Source: Coriobacteriia bacterium (GTDB lineage: Bacteria > Actinomycetota > Coriobacteriia > Coriobacteriales > RUG033). Taken from it: 64,000 nt of DNA. The notes beneath the pieces were generated by a model that was given only the letters and a program-made list of their open reading frames with translations, was not told where the DNA came from and ran no database searches. The stretch is taken from positions 813-64,812 of the forward strand of contig JAATFL010000002.1 in NCBI GenBank assembly GCA_015655215.1, given 5' to 3'. This document shows positions 20,554 to 30,160 of the stretch, in pieces. Numbering within the stretch: the stretch's first letter is position 1; each line of letters begins with the position of its first letter. Position numbers and translations under genes: made by a program.

Positions 20554-21204
20554 ATGGATACAAAGCTTGTTGATGATGTCTTCTTGGACCAGGTCGCTTT
20601 CATTGGAGAGACGCTGGGACCGTTCTACCTTGAGGATCCGAAGCTCGGCTGCGCGTCCGAGGCCTTTGCGGCGATCGGCTCTCTAGATGTTGACGAGACC
20701 GCTGCCGCATGGCCCTTCGTCGAGGAGAGTCGTGCGGTGACCTGCCTCTCCAAGATGAAGGAGGGACTTTCCGATGGGACTGACTCAGAGGACCTTATGT
20801 GGGAGTTCCGTCGACTGTTCATCGGCCCAGAGGCGAAGCCGGCTCCGCCCTGGGGGTCGGTGTACACCGACCGAGAGTGCGTCGTGTTTGGTGCGAGCAC
20901 CCTTGCCCTGCGCCGATGGATGCGGGAGGTCGGCATCAAGCGACTGGGTGACGACAACGACCCCGAGGACCACATAGGCCTCATGCTGCTATTGATGGCT
21001 TGGATAGCACGGAATAAACCCGAACGTCTTGAGGAATATCTCGTCGGGCATCTGCTGACCTGGTCCTCACACTTCCTCGACGAACTGGTGGATGCTGCCG
21101 GGCAGCCATTCTACGAGGGCCTCGCATCGCTTACGAAGGCAAGCCTCGAAGGCGTTCAGCATCAGCTGGGTCGAGAGGTCGAGTATCCAAGGTACTATCG
21201 ATAA
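20554..21204 (+). CDS. dmsD: Tat proofreading chaperone, TorD/DmsD family
   Basis: RLFIGPEAKPAPPWGSVYTD and DPEDHIGLML motifs. Confidence 0.93.
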   Translation: MDTKLVDDVFLDQVAFIGETLGPFYLEDPKLGCASEAFAAIGSLDVDETAAAWPFVEESRAVTCLSKMKEGLSDGTDSEDLMWEFRRLFIGPEAKPAPPWGSVYTDRECVVFGASTLALRRWMREVGIKRLGDDNDPEDHIGLMLLLMAWIARNKPERLEEYLVGHLLTWSSHFLDELVDAAGQPFYEGLASLTKASLEGVQHQLGREVEYPRYYR

Positions 21205-22085
21205 TGATTGCCTGGGGATTTCAGACGGCGGTTGGCGAAATCACCCTCGTGACGTTCACGACGCTCGCCCCCTCAAGCGTCATGGCGCTGATGGTGATGA
21301 GCGGGATACTGCTGTTTGCCCACCTTTCCAACGAAGAGCGCATGCGAATCAACACGTTCATGATCATTCCGTTGGTGCTCTCGATGATTGGTCTCGTCGC
21401 TTCGGCGACCCATCTGGGCAACCCTGACAATGCGCTCTACGTGTTCACGGGCGTGGGGAGAAGCCCCCTGTCGAACGAGGTGTTCTCCGCAGTCGTCTTT
21501 CTTGCGTTCTCCGGTATCTACTGGCTGTACTCGTTTTCGGAGAATCCCAATCTGCCTTTTCAGAAGGTATGGTTGACGTGCATCATCATCTCTGGTGCCG
21601 GATTCATCACGGGAATCGCCTTCGCGTACTCGGAGAGTACGATCGTTTCTTGGTACTCGGCGTACGTTCCCGTCAACCTTTGGCTGAACGCCCTGGTCGG
21701 TGGTCCGACTCTGGCGTTACTGAGCTTTCAGGTCGCGCGATACGATCGTATCCGGGGGTTGTTGGGCAAAGTGCTCTGCGCCATTTCGGGTGTGGCGATC
21801 ATTCTCAATACGATCTCGTTCGCCCTTCAGGACTCCACGCTTCCCTCGATGGAGAACTCGTTCACAACGGCTGCCGAGCTTGTCCCCTATTACGGCGTCG
21901 GCGTCGGCGCGTTCGCGATATTGGGTCTCTGCAGTCTGACCATATGGGGACGTTTGGTCTGGGGAAAAGGCAGAAGGCAGGGCATCGTCCCCGGCATCGT
22001 AGCCAATATACTGGTATTCACCGGCATCTTCGTGATGCGTTTCCTCTTCTATATGATGCATATGACCACTGGGGTTGGCATTTGA
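21204..22085 (+). CDS. Second DmsC-family membrane anchor
   Basis: LVTFTTLAP, ASATHLGNP, RSPLSNEV, RFLFY. Start overlaps the dmsD stop. Confidence 0.88.
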   Translation: MIAWGFQTAVGEITLVTFTTLAPSSVMALMVMSGILLFAHLSNEERMRINTFMIIPLVLSMIGLVASATHLGNPDNALYVFTGVGRSPLSNEVFSAVVFLAFSGIYWLYSFSENPNLPFQKVWLTCIIISGAGFITGIAFAYSESTIVSWYSAYVPVNLWLNALVGGPTLALLSFQVARYDRIRGLLGKVLCAISGVAIILNTISFALQDSTLPSMENSFTTAAELVPYYGVGVGAFAILGLCSLTIWGRLVWGKGRRQGIVPGIVANILVFTGIFVMRFLFYMMHMTTGVGI

Positions 22086-22103
22086 AGGGTGAGGAGAAAT
22101 TGC

Positions 22104-22137
22104 ACAGACCCTCGGACGTTTCCGTCCGAGGGTCTGT
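22104..22137. terminator. Intrinsic terminator between convergent operons
   Basis: ACAGACCCTCGGACG-tttc-CGTCCGAGGGTCTGT, a perfect 15-bp stem followed by TTCCTCT. Confidence 0.8.
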
Positions 22138-22158
22138 TTCCTCTATCTGGTACGGTGT

Positions 22159-23907
22159 CTACAATGTAGCTACGTGGTGCCCTAGAAGGTAGGATAGCGT
22201 GCAGCAGATGCCTCCAAGATTCTGGCCGGGCATGACGAAGTTGTAAGAGTTCGCGTAGAAATCCCCAACCATGATGCCGGTCGTGTACAGGCCCTCGATG
22301 GCGTTGTCGTCCTCGTCCATGGCCTGCATGTCGGAGTTGGTCCGAATCCCGCCGGTGATGGTGAGGAACGTCGAGCCAACCGTCTTGCTCGCATAGAACG
22401 GAGGCGTGCTGATGGGGTAGAGGATATTCGGATTGACCTGGAACTCCTCGTCATATCCATTCTGCGCATACGCGTTGTAGTTCTTGATGGTCTCTATGGC
22501 CGCGGCCTCGTCCTCGAGTCCATCGAGTTGAGCCACGAGCGCCTCGATCGTATCCGCCTTGTAGTACGTTCCCTCTGTGACCGCCTTGTCCCATACGGCG
22601 ATGTACTCCTCGGGGGTATACGGCATGATCCCGTTCACGTTGTTGACGCAGCTGCCAAACGGGTCCCATTTATCCTGCGTGTAGGCGTAGTTTATATCCC
22701 AGATGCCAAAGGCGGTCCTTTGGGGAAGCTGCTCTACGGCCGTTGCTCCATAGGCGAAGTTCGTGTTCTCGTTCTGATACCGCTTGCCGTAGACGTCGAG
22801 GTTGCATCCCCAGAAGTTCGAGATGACCGCATGGGTGGGGCCTGCGCAACCGCCGTTGATCATGGGGGCGTTGGGATAGGTCTTCTGCCAGGCAGCGCCT
22901 ATCCAGAGGGCCATCTTGTGACCGTCCCCGTTCATGAGCCCGGTATAGTTGAGGCCGATGTCATAGTTGACGGTTCCCCATTCGATGACGTCCTTGAAGT
23001 GATCGTACGCCCAGGGGCTGTACTTGGCCATCATGTCCTTGTCACGGCTGAAGTCGCCGGTTGCCAGCACGACGGCCTTGTTCGCCACGAACTTGACGTA
23101 GTTGCCATCGGCGTCTTGGGCGATACAGCCGTCAACCCGGCCGCTCGTGCCATTTGCCGCGCCTCCACGCGTGAGCTGCTTCACGGGGGTGTTGTAGTAG
23201 ATGGTGCCACCCAAGTCGGTGGTGAACGTGTCGGCGTATGCCTGTGCTTGCAGAGGGGCACCGAACAGGGCACCAAAGGGCTGTTCTGCGGTGAAGAAGT
23301 TATGGCTTGCGTCGGGAACGGTGATGACCCCGTCTGGGTCGTAGTAGCCAGGCTCGATGGAGACCTGAAGTCCCTTCGCGGTCATCTTGTCGATCATCCA
23401 GTCGACCGACTCGGCGGAGTTGTTGATCCAGTTCGCCCACTTCCGCTTATCCATGAAGTAGGTCCCCGACGTCTGCTCCGTCTTGGCGATCGTCCGTGCC
23501 TTGTCGGGAGAATAGTCGATGCCATATGACTTCTGCACTTTAGAGCCTATCGCGTGGTTCGAGCCGCCGCGTGACAAGGGCATCGATCCGGCAGAGACGA
23601 CGATGACGGAGCTTCCGGCCTCTTTGGCCGAGCACGCTGTCGCAAGTCCCGCCATGCCCGAGCCCACCACGATGACATCGGCAGTGTACGTTTGCTGCAC
23701 CTGACTGTCTTCGATGGCGCTTGGCGCAATCTCGAATGCCCACTTCTGATCGTGCACATCTGCTGTCAATCCAGTGGAACTCGCGGTGACGCTGCTGTTC
23801 GAGGTGCTGTTCGCACTGCTGCTGCAACCACCAAGGGCGGCTCCTGCGGTGAGGGCGGCCCCTGCCACGGCCGCACCCTTCAAGAAGTTCCTGCGATCCA
23901 TCTTCAT
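22159..23907 (-). CDS. Tat-exported lipoprotein FAD-dependent oxidoreductase, FP-3
   Basis: MDRRNFLKG Tat motif, lipobox ALGGC, VIVVGSGMAG, ITGGIRT...IEGLYTTG. Confidence 0.9.
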   Translation of the reverse strand: MKMDRRNFLKGAAVAGAALTAGAALGGCSSSANSTSNSSVTASSTGLTADVHDQKWAFEIAPSAIEDSQVQQTYTADVIVVGSGMAGLATACSAKEAGSSVIVVSAGSMPLSRGGSNHAIGSKVQKSYGIDYSPDKARTIAKTEQTSGTYFMDKRKWANWINNSAESVDWMIDKMTAKGLQVSIEPGYYDPDGVITVPDASHNFFTAEQPFGALFGAPLQAQAYADTFTTDLGGTIYYNTPVKQLTRGGAANGTSGRVDGCIAQDADGNYVKFVANKAVVLATGDFSRDKDMMAKYSPWAYDHFKDVIEWGTVNYDIGLNYTGLMNGDGHKMALWIGAAWQKTYPNAPMINGGCAGPTHAVISNFWGCNLDVYGKRYQNENTNFAYGATAVEQLPQRTAFGIWDINYAYTQDKWDPFGSCVNNVNGIMPYTPEEYIAVWDKAVTEGTYYKADTIEALVAQLDGLEDEAAAIETIKNYNAYAQNGYDEEFQVNPNILYPISTPPFYASKTVGSTFLTITGGIRTNSDMQAMDEDDNAIEGLYTTGIMVGDFYANSYNFVMPGQNLGGICCTLSYLLGHHVATL

Positions 23908-24014
23908 ACCAACTCCTCTCAGAACATGTTCTTCCCGGATTGCCCCAAGGCCAGGTTGTGTTTAAGCGGCTTGTGGGCAAGGGTAATCGTAGGAAGAGAA
24001 GTCCCGATACGTAC

Positions 24015-24031
24015 TCACATGAAGCGGGTGA
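24015..24031. promoter_or_regulatory. Candidate LuxR operator TCAC-N9-GTGA upstream of FP-3
   Basis: TCACATGAAGCGGGTGA. A minus-strand -10-like TACGAT lies 23 nt downstream (23991-23986). Confidence 0.55.
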
Positions 24032-24058
24032 AAACCGGTTGAAACAGGTGAATTCGGA

Positions 24059-25534
24059 CTATTGTCCCCTTGTCGGCCAGTCAGTTGATTCGACCAGGTC
24101 GATAAGCTCCTGCTTCGAGTGCACGTGCAGGGCCACGTACAGACGTTTCGCATGGCTCCGAATCGTGTTTTCGGAAAGGTAGAGCTTCTCGGCGATGGCG
24201 GGGACGGAGCGACCCCGAGCGAGCATCTCCAGCACTTCTGCCTCTCGGGACGACAGGTGGTATTCCCGGGCAAGGTGCTCGCAGCGTGTTCGGATGTCGT
24301 TGGCGGGAACCCGATCGGGCTTCTCGGTCCGATCCATCGCACCCTGTCCCCTTGATATCGAGTGAAAGGCGATGAAGCCCACCATGGAGACGATGTAGAC
24401 GAGGAAGAATGCTATCGCGATGAACTGCACGCTTTGGGAATAACCGCTCGATGTCATTCCGCCGGCGATCAATTCCCCGATGCTGCGTGAGAGATAGAGG
24501 ACTCCGGCAAACAGGCAGTAGATGACCACCAGGCTGGTGCCGCTGTCCTCCGCGATGTCGATACAGGAAACCATGACGAGGATCGAGACCAGCGTGAAGG
24601 CTATGGCACCGATGAAAAGAACCACGTAGCGATATTCCTGTCCGAAGAACGGGACGAGGATGAGTGCTATGGAAAGGACGGGGAGCGAGATGACGAACAC
24701 CTGCGGTATCGTCGGATAGGTCTTGAGTTTTCTCCAGATGAGGAAGAGGATGCCGACCGCTGCGGCGTTGCCGCTCTGGGCGAAGAGGGTGGGTACGGCG
24801 GCAGACACCGAGCTGTCAAGCGTGATGGCCCCTATCAGGGGCGAGATGAGTCCAAACGCCATGATGCAGGGCAAGGCCACCCATGTGCCTTCGAGGGCGG
24901 TCCGGTAGCGCTTGCCGTGCTGCGGCGGGTTGGGGTCTCGGAGGGGTTCGTCCGCCGGCAACCTCATGGACCCATAGAGCGTGCCGATGCACAGGGGGAG
25001 CACAACGAAGCTCAAGACGAGGAGGACTTGACCATCGGGCACGAGGAGGATCATGAGATAGGGGATTATCGTCAGGATGCTCGAGACCAAGATGACCCTA
25101 TGAATCCCTATCGGACTTTGCTCAGAGAAGATCTGCTCCCAGGTGACGAGGAGGCAAGCGCTGCCGGCTCCCGACAGGATCCCGGTCGCGACGAGCAACG
25201 CCGGCGACTCGAACCTGCCTGTGTAGGGAAGGAAGAGCAGGGCGAACGCAACGACGAGCAGAAAGGAGCCTATGCGGAAGAGCTTTCTCTGAAACACCGC
25301 GGGGAGAAGGAAGGCGGCGAGGCCGATGACGAAGAAGGTCAGTATGTTCGCGATGCTACAGGCGTCGCTGAAGGAGGTCTCCATGCTGTTCCAGGCATCC
25401 GAAGGATAGAAGAATGAGGTACTACCCCATAGAATGAAGGCATTGAGGGTAAGTATGCTGACGAACCCCAAGACCAGGAGACAGAAGCTCCCATATCTCC
25501 CCTTGAGATCCTTCTCGTTGCCAGTCCGACTCAA
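24059..25534 (-). CDS. Multi-transmembrane LuxR-family regulator (LuxR-4)
   Basis: About 12 TM segments plus LSSREAEVLEMLARGRSVPAIAEKLYLSENTIRSHAKRLYVALHVHSKQEL. Confidence 0.92.
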   Translation of the reverse strand: MSRTGNEKDLKGRYGSFCLLVLGFVSILTLNAFILWGSTSFFYPSDAWNSMETSFSDACSIANILTFFVIGLAAFLLPAVFQRKLFRIGSFLLVVAFALLFLPYTGRFESPALLVATGILSGAGSACLLVTWEQIFSEQSPIGIHRVILVSSILTIIPYLMILLVPDGQVLLVLSFVVLPLCIGTLYGSMRLPADEPLRDPNPPQHGKRYRTALEGTWVALPCIMAFGLISPLIGAITLDSSVSAAVPTLFAQSGNAAAVGILFLIWRKLKTYPTIPQVFVISLPVLSIALILVPFFGQEYRYVVLFIGAIAFTLVSILVMVSCIDIAEDSGTSLVVIYCLFAGVLYLSRSIGELIAGGMTSSGYSQSVQFIAIAFFLVYIVSMVGFIAFHSISRGQGAMDRTEKPDRVPANDIRTRCEHLAREYHLSSREAEVLEMLARGRSVPAIAEKLYLSENTIRSHAKRLYVALHVHSKQELIDLVESTDWPTRGQ

Positions 25535-25627
25535 GAGTCCCCTCGCGAATGTGTCCCGTCTCCGCCTGCGAATGGGTTACATCATACCCCGTGTGGCCGA
25601 GAACTGCATGTCGGTGCCGGGCGAGTC

Positions 25628-27649
25628 TTATGTCTGGGCGTTCATCTCCCCGGTGGTGACGTGGGGGATTGTCGGGAAGCGACGACACTTCGGGGCGCAT
25701 GCCGTATGGAACCGATCGGCCTCGACCCTTCTCCCGTCGACGAACTGCTCGAACTCCCCAACAGGGAGCGCGCACGAATTGACGAACCCCTGGATGGCGT
25801 CACATCCGGTCTCGATGACCATGTCCACCTGCTCCTGGGTCCCAACTCCCTCGACGACTGTGTAGACCCCGAGTTCATGGAGCATGCGTATCATCGAGGT
25901 CAGCACAAGGCGGGAGCGTTGGGAGTCGGCGTCCCCGCCCATGAACCTCATATCGAACTTGACCTGGTCGAAGGGGCTGTCGCGCAACATGCCAAGCGAG
26001 GAGTACCCGCTTCCAAAGTCATCCATCATGACGGTGAACCCCTCACAATGAAGGCGGGCGATGACGTCGTTGAGTTCGTTGATGTGCTCCATGTAGCTGC
26101 TCTCGGTGATCTCGATCCGCAGAAGGCGAGGTTCGATGTCATAGGCCCCCGTGATCTCGATGAACTGGTCGACGCAGTCACTCGCATACAGGTCGATGCG
26201 CGAGACGTTCACCGAGATCGGGAGGGGATCCCAACCGGAATCGATCCAGGTACGCAGATGCCGGCAGGTCGATTCCCATACGTAGCGGTCAAGCTTCATG
26301 ATCGAGCCGTTCCGCTCCGCCAACGCTATGAAGGAACCGGGGGTGATGAGTCCCCTCTTGGGGTGATCCCAGCGGATGAGCGCCTCACCACTCAGGGCCT
26401 CTCCCGTCTTCGGGTCGCACAAGGGCTGGTAATGGACGACGAACTGCTGGGTGTCCAGGGCGTTGTCGATCTCCATGACAAGGTCGTTCTCGTCCTTGAG
26501 CACGAGCTCCGTGTCCCTGTCGTAGATGGCGAATCGGTCGACGTGGTTATCGCCGATCTTGCGCAGGGCCATGCTCGCACGATCGCACATCGCCTGTACG
26601 GGGAGCTTGGTGGAGTTGGGATAGTAGACGCCGACGAGCACGTCGATGTTGAATTCGATGATGGTCTGGAGTGAAGCCGGATTCGACTTATCGAGCAGCC
26701 TATCCTTGTCGAATTGGCTGACGGGCATGCAGAAGACGAAATGGTCAGCCTCCATGTGAGCGCACGTTCCAGAACCTTTGCAGTATTCCACGAGCCAGTC
26801 CGCTATCTTTCTCAGAAGCAAGTCACCTCGCTTGCTACCAAAGAATTCGTTGACTAGTTTGAAGTTCCTCAAGTTGACGTAACCGATGGTGTAAGGGGTC
26901 TCGGGGTCGTGTAGGAGGATCTGCTTGGTCCTATCGAAGAACGCCTGTCGATTGGGAAGGCCCGTGAGTGCGCTCCATTGCCGCTCGGGTGCTTGGAACC
27001 CGATGTAGATCTCCGCGCAGATGAGGGCGGTGGAGAAGCCCATGATGGCGTAGGTGGGGAAGGCGGCCATGAAAACATACGACCCGAACGAGACGGTGAT
27101 GATTCCCACGAGGATCGGATATTGCGAACGACCGAGCATGTGGCGGTTCTTATATGTCACCGCGCAGCCGCTGACGATGTAAAAGAAGGTGACGAGATAG
27201 GAGAGGGCGTGGTAGCTACCGCTTTGGTAGACGCCCCTCTGGTCGATGTGGAACAGCCAGCCGGTCTGGTGGTTGAGGAACACAACCGCCAGGATGGCCA
27301 GGGAGGCGGGAATCCAAAGCAGCACGTACAGCTTGAAGTTTCCAGATGACGTTCTTCTAAATACGACGAAAAGAAAGGAGAGAAGGAGAGGCGGTAAGGC
27401 AAACTGCGCTATATAGTAAAGTGTATTTAGTATAAAACTGAGTTGTATAAGAGAGGGGAGTGCAACCGCGATCATGTACAGAGACGAGATGTCCAAGACC
27501 ACGAAGACCACCACGCTGAGGAAGTAGAGGTAGAACACCCTATTCTGCAGAGTGTGCGGAAGCCTTGCATATCGTAGGTGGATGCCGAGGAGGACCAATA
27601 TGAGAAGCGCTGCATAATCAACTTGCGGTTGCAAAGCCGTCATATTCAA
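25628..27649 (-). CDS. Membrane-bound GGDEF(degenerate)-EAL protein, probable c-di-GMP phosphodiesterase
   Basis: About 7 TM N-terminus. LTGLPNR...NFKLVNEFFG GGDEF fold with active site MEADHF. EAL domain with HYQP, EALIRW, ISVN, IEITES, DDFGSGYSS, EGV, QG. Confidence 0.9.
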   Translation of the reverse strand: MNMTALQPQVDYAALLILVLLGIHLRYARLPHTLQNRVFYLYFLSVVVFVVLDISSLYMIAVALPSLIQLSFILNTLYYIAQFALPPLLLSFLFVVFRRTSSGNFKLYVLLWIPASLAILAVVFLNHQTGWLFHIDQRGVYQSGSYHALSYLVTFFYIVSGCAVTYKNRHMLGRSQYPILVGIITVSFGSYVFMAAFPTYAIMGFSTALICAEIYIGFQAPERQWSALTGLPNRQAFFDRTKQILLHDPETPYTIGYVNLRNFKLVNEFFGSKRGDLLLRKIADWLVEYCKGSGTCAHMEADHFVFCMPVSQFDKDRLLDKSNPASLQTIIEFNIDVLVGVYYPNSTKLPVQAMCDRASMALRKIGDNHVDRFAIYDRDTELVLKDENDLVMEIDNALDTQQFVVHYQPLCDPKTGEALSGEALIRWDHPKRGLITPGSFIALAERNGSIMKLDRYVWESTCRHLRTWIDSGWDPLPISVNVSRIDLYASDCVDQFIEITGAYDIEPRLLRIEITESSYMEHINELNDVIARLHCEGFTVMMDDFGSGYSSLGMLRDSPFDQVKFDMRFMGGDADSQRSRLVLTSMIRMLHELGVYTVVEGVGTQEQVDMVIETGCDAIQGFVNSCALPVGEFEQFVDGRRVEADRFHTACAPKCRRFPTIPHVTTGEMNAQT

Positions 27650-28117
27650 TCCCTGTCACCAAATGGTCGCTATCAGTCGAGGAAGATACGATTACCGTAC
27701 GACATAACTATAAACAATAATTCGACAGTGTACAACAACTGGAATAAAACCCCGGCATGGATATCTAAATGTCAGGTCAATCGATGCAATCCATGCTCAA
27801 TAGTACTTTCGTCATGACAGTCCGTCGACCATGTGGGCGGCAGGACATCCTGGCCTCGCCTGAGAAGTTCGACAGGAGGTCTTGAGGTGTCCCTCCCCGC
27901 ATGCGGTTGGTGCTCATGAGATGCGCCGTCATCCGTTACAATCAATCTACCTGCGGTTTGCAACCTGAGGGTGCGTCGCTTTTCGTCAAAAGGAAGCCCC
28001 AGGTTGGTGGTGCGGTCGGATTCGCTACCGTATAGTATGGACGTCGGCCGACGCTACCTATTCACAACGTATCGATGGGACCCACTCGAATCGATGCCCA
28101 GGACCAAAGGAAAAGCC

Positions 28118-29080
28118 ATGAGCTTTCGCGATAACCTTCAACATCTACGCGGCACGCGCAACATGACCCAGGAGCAACTCGCCATGCTGCTGGGCGTGAG
28201 CCGTCAGTCCGTCTCGAAATGGGAGGCCGAGAAGGCCTATCCCGAGATGGACAAGCTGCTAAACATCTGCAACCTGTTCGAGTGTTCGCTTGACGACCTT
28301 GTGAAGGGCGACCTCACGGATCACGTCCCGGGAGGTACGTTCGCCGTCCCCTCGAACGGGGTGCCCCAGGATGTGATTGGATACGATGAGCTCATGCGGA
28401 GCTTTGCCAACAGGATATCGGGTGGTGTCGTCCTCATCATCATGGGTTTGGCCTTGGCGGCTCTGCTGGAGGGGACGAGCCCGTTCGCAGGTTCCGACCC
28501 TGATGCCTTGAGCGTCGTCTGCTTCTTCGCCGGCGTAGCCCTCGGGCTCGCCTTCATCATCCCTGCGGGTATGGAACGTGCGGCGTTTACCCATGAGCAT
28601 CCCTTCATCGAGGATTTCTACACCTCCAATGAGAAGAAGGTCGCTCGGCGGGACCTTTCCCAGGCGCTGGTCTGGGGTATCGCGCTCATCCTCGGTGGTG
28701 TCGTCACCGCCGTGTTGCTGCAAACCAGCGAGGGCATAGCAGGCTTCATGTTCTTCGTGCTGGTGGCGGCTGGGACAGGGACCATCGTGCGCTTCGGGAT
28801 GCTCTCAAACCGCATGGACGTCAAGGCGTATAACGACGATGCGCTCGATGACGTCGACCTTGAGGGGATCGACGACCCCAAGCTGCGCGAGCGTGCGCAA
28901 AGCAAGAAGAGGACCAGTGCCCTCTGTGGCATCATCATGACGTCCGCAACCGCCTTGGGGCTTGTGCTTCTGTTCATCCCCAACCCATTTGCCAGCTACT
29001 TCTGGGTGGTCTGGCCGGTAGGTGGTGTGCTCTGCGGCGTGGTGCGCAGCGCGATGGTCTTCCTCGGGAAGGATGTCTGA
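28118..29080 (+). CDS. XRE-family HTH protein with C-terminal membrane domain
   Basis: MTQEQLAMLLGVSRQSVSKWEAEKAYPEMDKL HTH followed by about 6 TM. Confidence 0.9.
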   Translation: MSFRDNLQHLRGTRNMTQEQLAMLLGVSRQSVSKWEAEKAYPEMDKLLNICNLFECSLDDLVKGDLTDHVPGGTFAVPSNGVPQDVIGYDELMRSFANRISGGVVLIIMGLALAALLEGTSPFAGSDPDALSVVCFFAGVALGLAFIIPAGMERAAFTHEHPFIEDFYTSNEKKVARRDLSQALVWGIALILGGVVTAVLLQTSEGIAGFMFFVLVAAGTGTIVRFGMLSNRMDVKAYNDDALDDVDLEGIDDPKLRERAQSKKRTSALCGIIMTSATALGLVLLFIPNPFASYFWVVWPVGGVLCGVVRSAMVFLGKDV

Positions 29081-29118
29081 CCACCATCTGCAACCGATGT
29101 CATCTGCCGCCTGTACGG

Positions 29119-29868
29119 TCAGTGGAGCTCGGCGGGTGTGACCACGCCGGTTGCAAGCGCCAGGTTCTTGTACTCCTCGTATAGACCGGCCATCGATGTC
29201 ATGAGGTACGGGTTCACATAGAAGATCCCGAGTATCCCCAAGGTCAAGCAGGAGAGCAGTTCCCACCCGATGAAGCTGAGGTACATCACGAACATCTCAC
29301 CCTTGTGACCCCGCGTCATCTTCATCGAGACCTTGAGCGCCTCTGTGGCGCCAAGGTCCGGGTACTCTTGCAGCAGATAGGGGGTGAAGGAGTACGCTAT
29401 CGCCTTGATGATCCCCGGGATGATGAACAGGCAGGTCCAAAGGGTGGTGAACAGGTACATCCAGAGCATGCCGCCAAGGTTGTGGCCGTAGTTCTTGAAC
29501 CCGGCGAACAGGTTCTCCACCTCCGCCTTCTCATTGCGATATATCCTCAGAAACGACCATGCCTGCCCTACGCCTAACAGCGGCATGATGAGCAACCCGA
29601 CGAGGAAGGTGATCCAAAGGGCGAGAGAGGAGGGAGGAACGTGCTGGGCCGTCATCCTCCACGACGAGGGTTCGTACATCATCGGATTCGTGACGGCGGC
29701 GATGAGCAAGACGACCACGGACAGTGCCACACCTATCCAGTAGTGGGACTTGAAGGATGCCTTCGCCGCCTCCTTTATCTGGGTACGTGAGCGTACGCTG
29801 GGCGGCTGTTGCGTTCCCTCTGGTTGATACGACGAAGATTCGCTTTGCTCGATGGTATCCATGGTCAT
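29119..29868 (-). CDS. DUF975-family membrane protein
   Basis: LWTCLFIIPGIIKAIAYSFTPYLL...SMKMTRGHKGEMF...LSFIGW pattern. Confidence 0.85.
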   Translation of the reverse strand: MTMDTIEQSESSSYQPEGTQQPPSVRSRTQIKEAAKASFKSHYWIGVALSVVVLLIAAVTNPMMYEPSSWRMTAQHVPPSSLALWITFLVGLLIMPLLGVGQAWSFLRIYRNEKAEVENLFAGFKNYGHNLGGMLWMYLFTTLWTCLFIIPGIIKAIAYSFTPYLLQEYPDLGATEALKVSMKMTRGHKGEMFVMYLSFIGWELLSCLTLGILGIFYVNPYLMTSMAGLYEEYKNLALATGVVTPAELH

Positions 29869-30096
29869 CTCCTGGTTTGATGCTTCCCTGATATCATACT
29901 GTCAAGAGAACGTTATCTATCTCTGCCGAGATAGTATGCCCTTCGGTTGAGATAATCAATGATATATATCATTTTGAACGGATAGGGAGAGCCCGAAGAG
30001 GGCGCCCTTGGAAGAGACGCCTTCGGGGGCGTGATGGGTGCCGGGGCGAGATGGATTCCCGTCCGGGCACAGGGTCCGTCGACGCCCCTCTTGACC

Positions 30097-30160
30097 TTGC
30101 GACGCGTACCGTCCTACGTAATTACCGTGCGCCATGCGACCGCCGTGGTTATTCCTCTTT
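30097..30160 (-). pseudogene. Relic of a deleted flavoprotein gene (RBS plus last ~18 codons)
   Basis: AAAGAGGA (30160-53) directly followed by NHGGRMAHGNYVGRYASQ, which is 9/18 identical to the FP-2 C-terminus NHGFGITHGYLAGQYAAQ. Lies divergent from LuxR-5. Confidence 0.5.
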
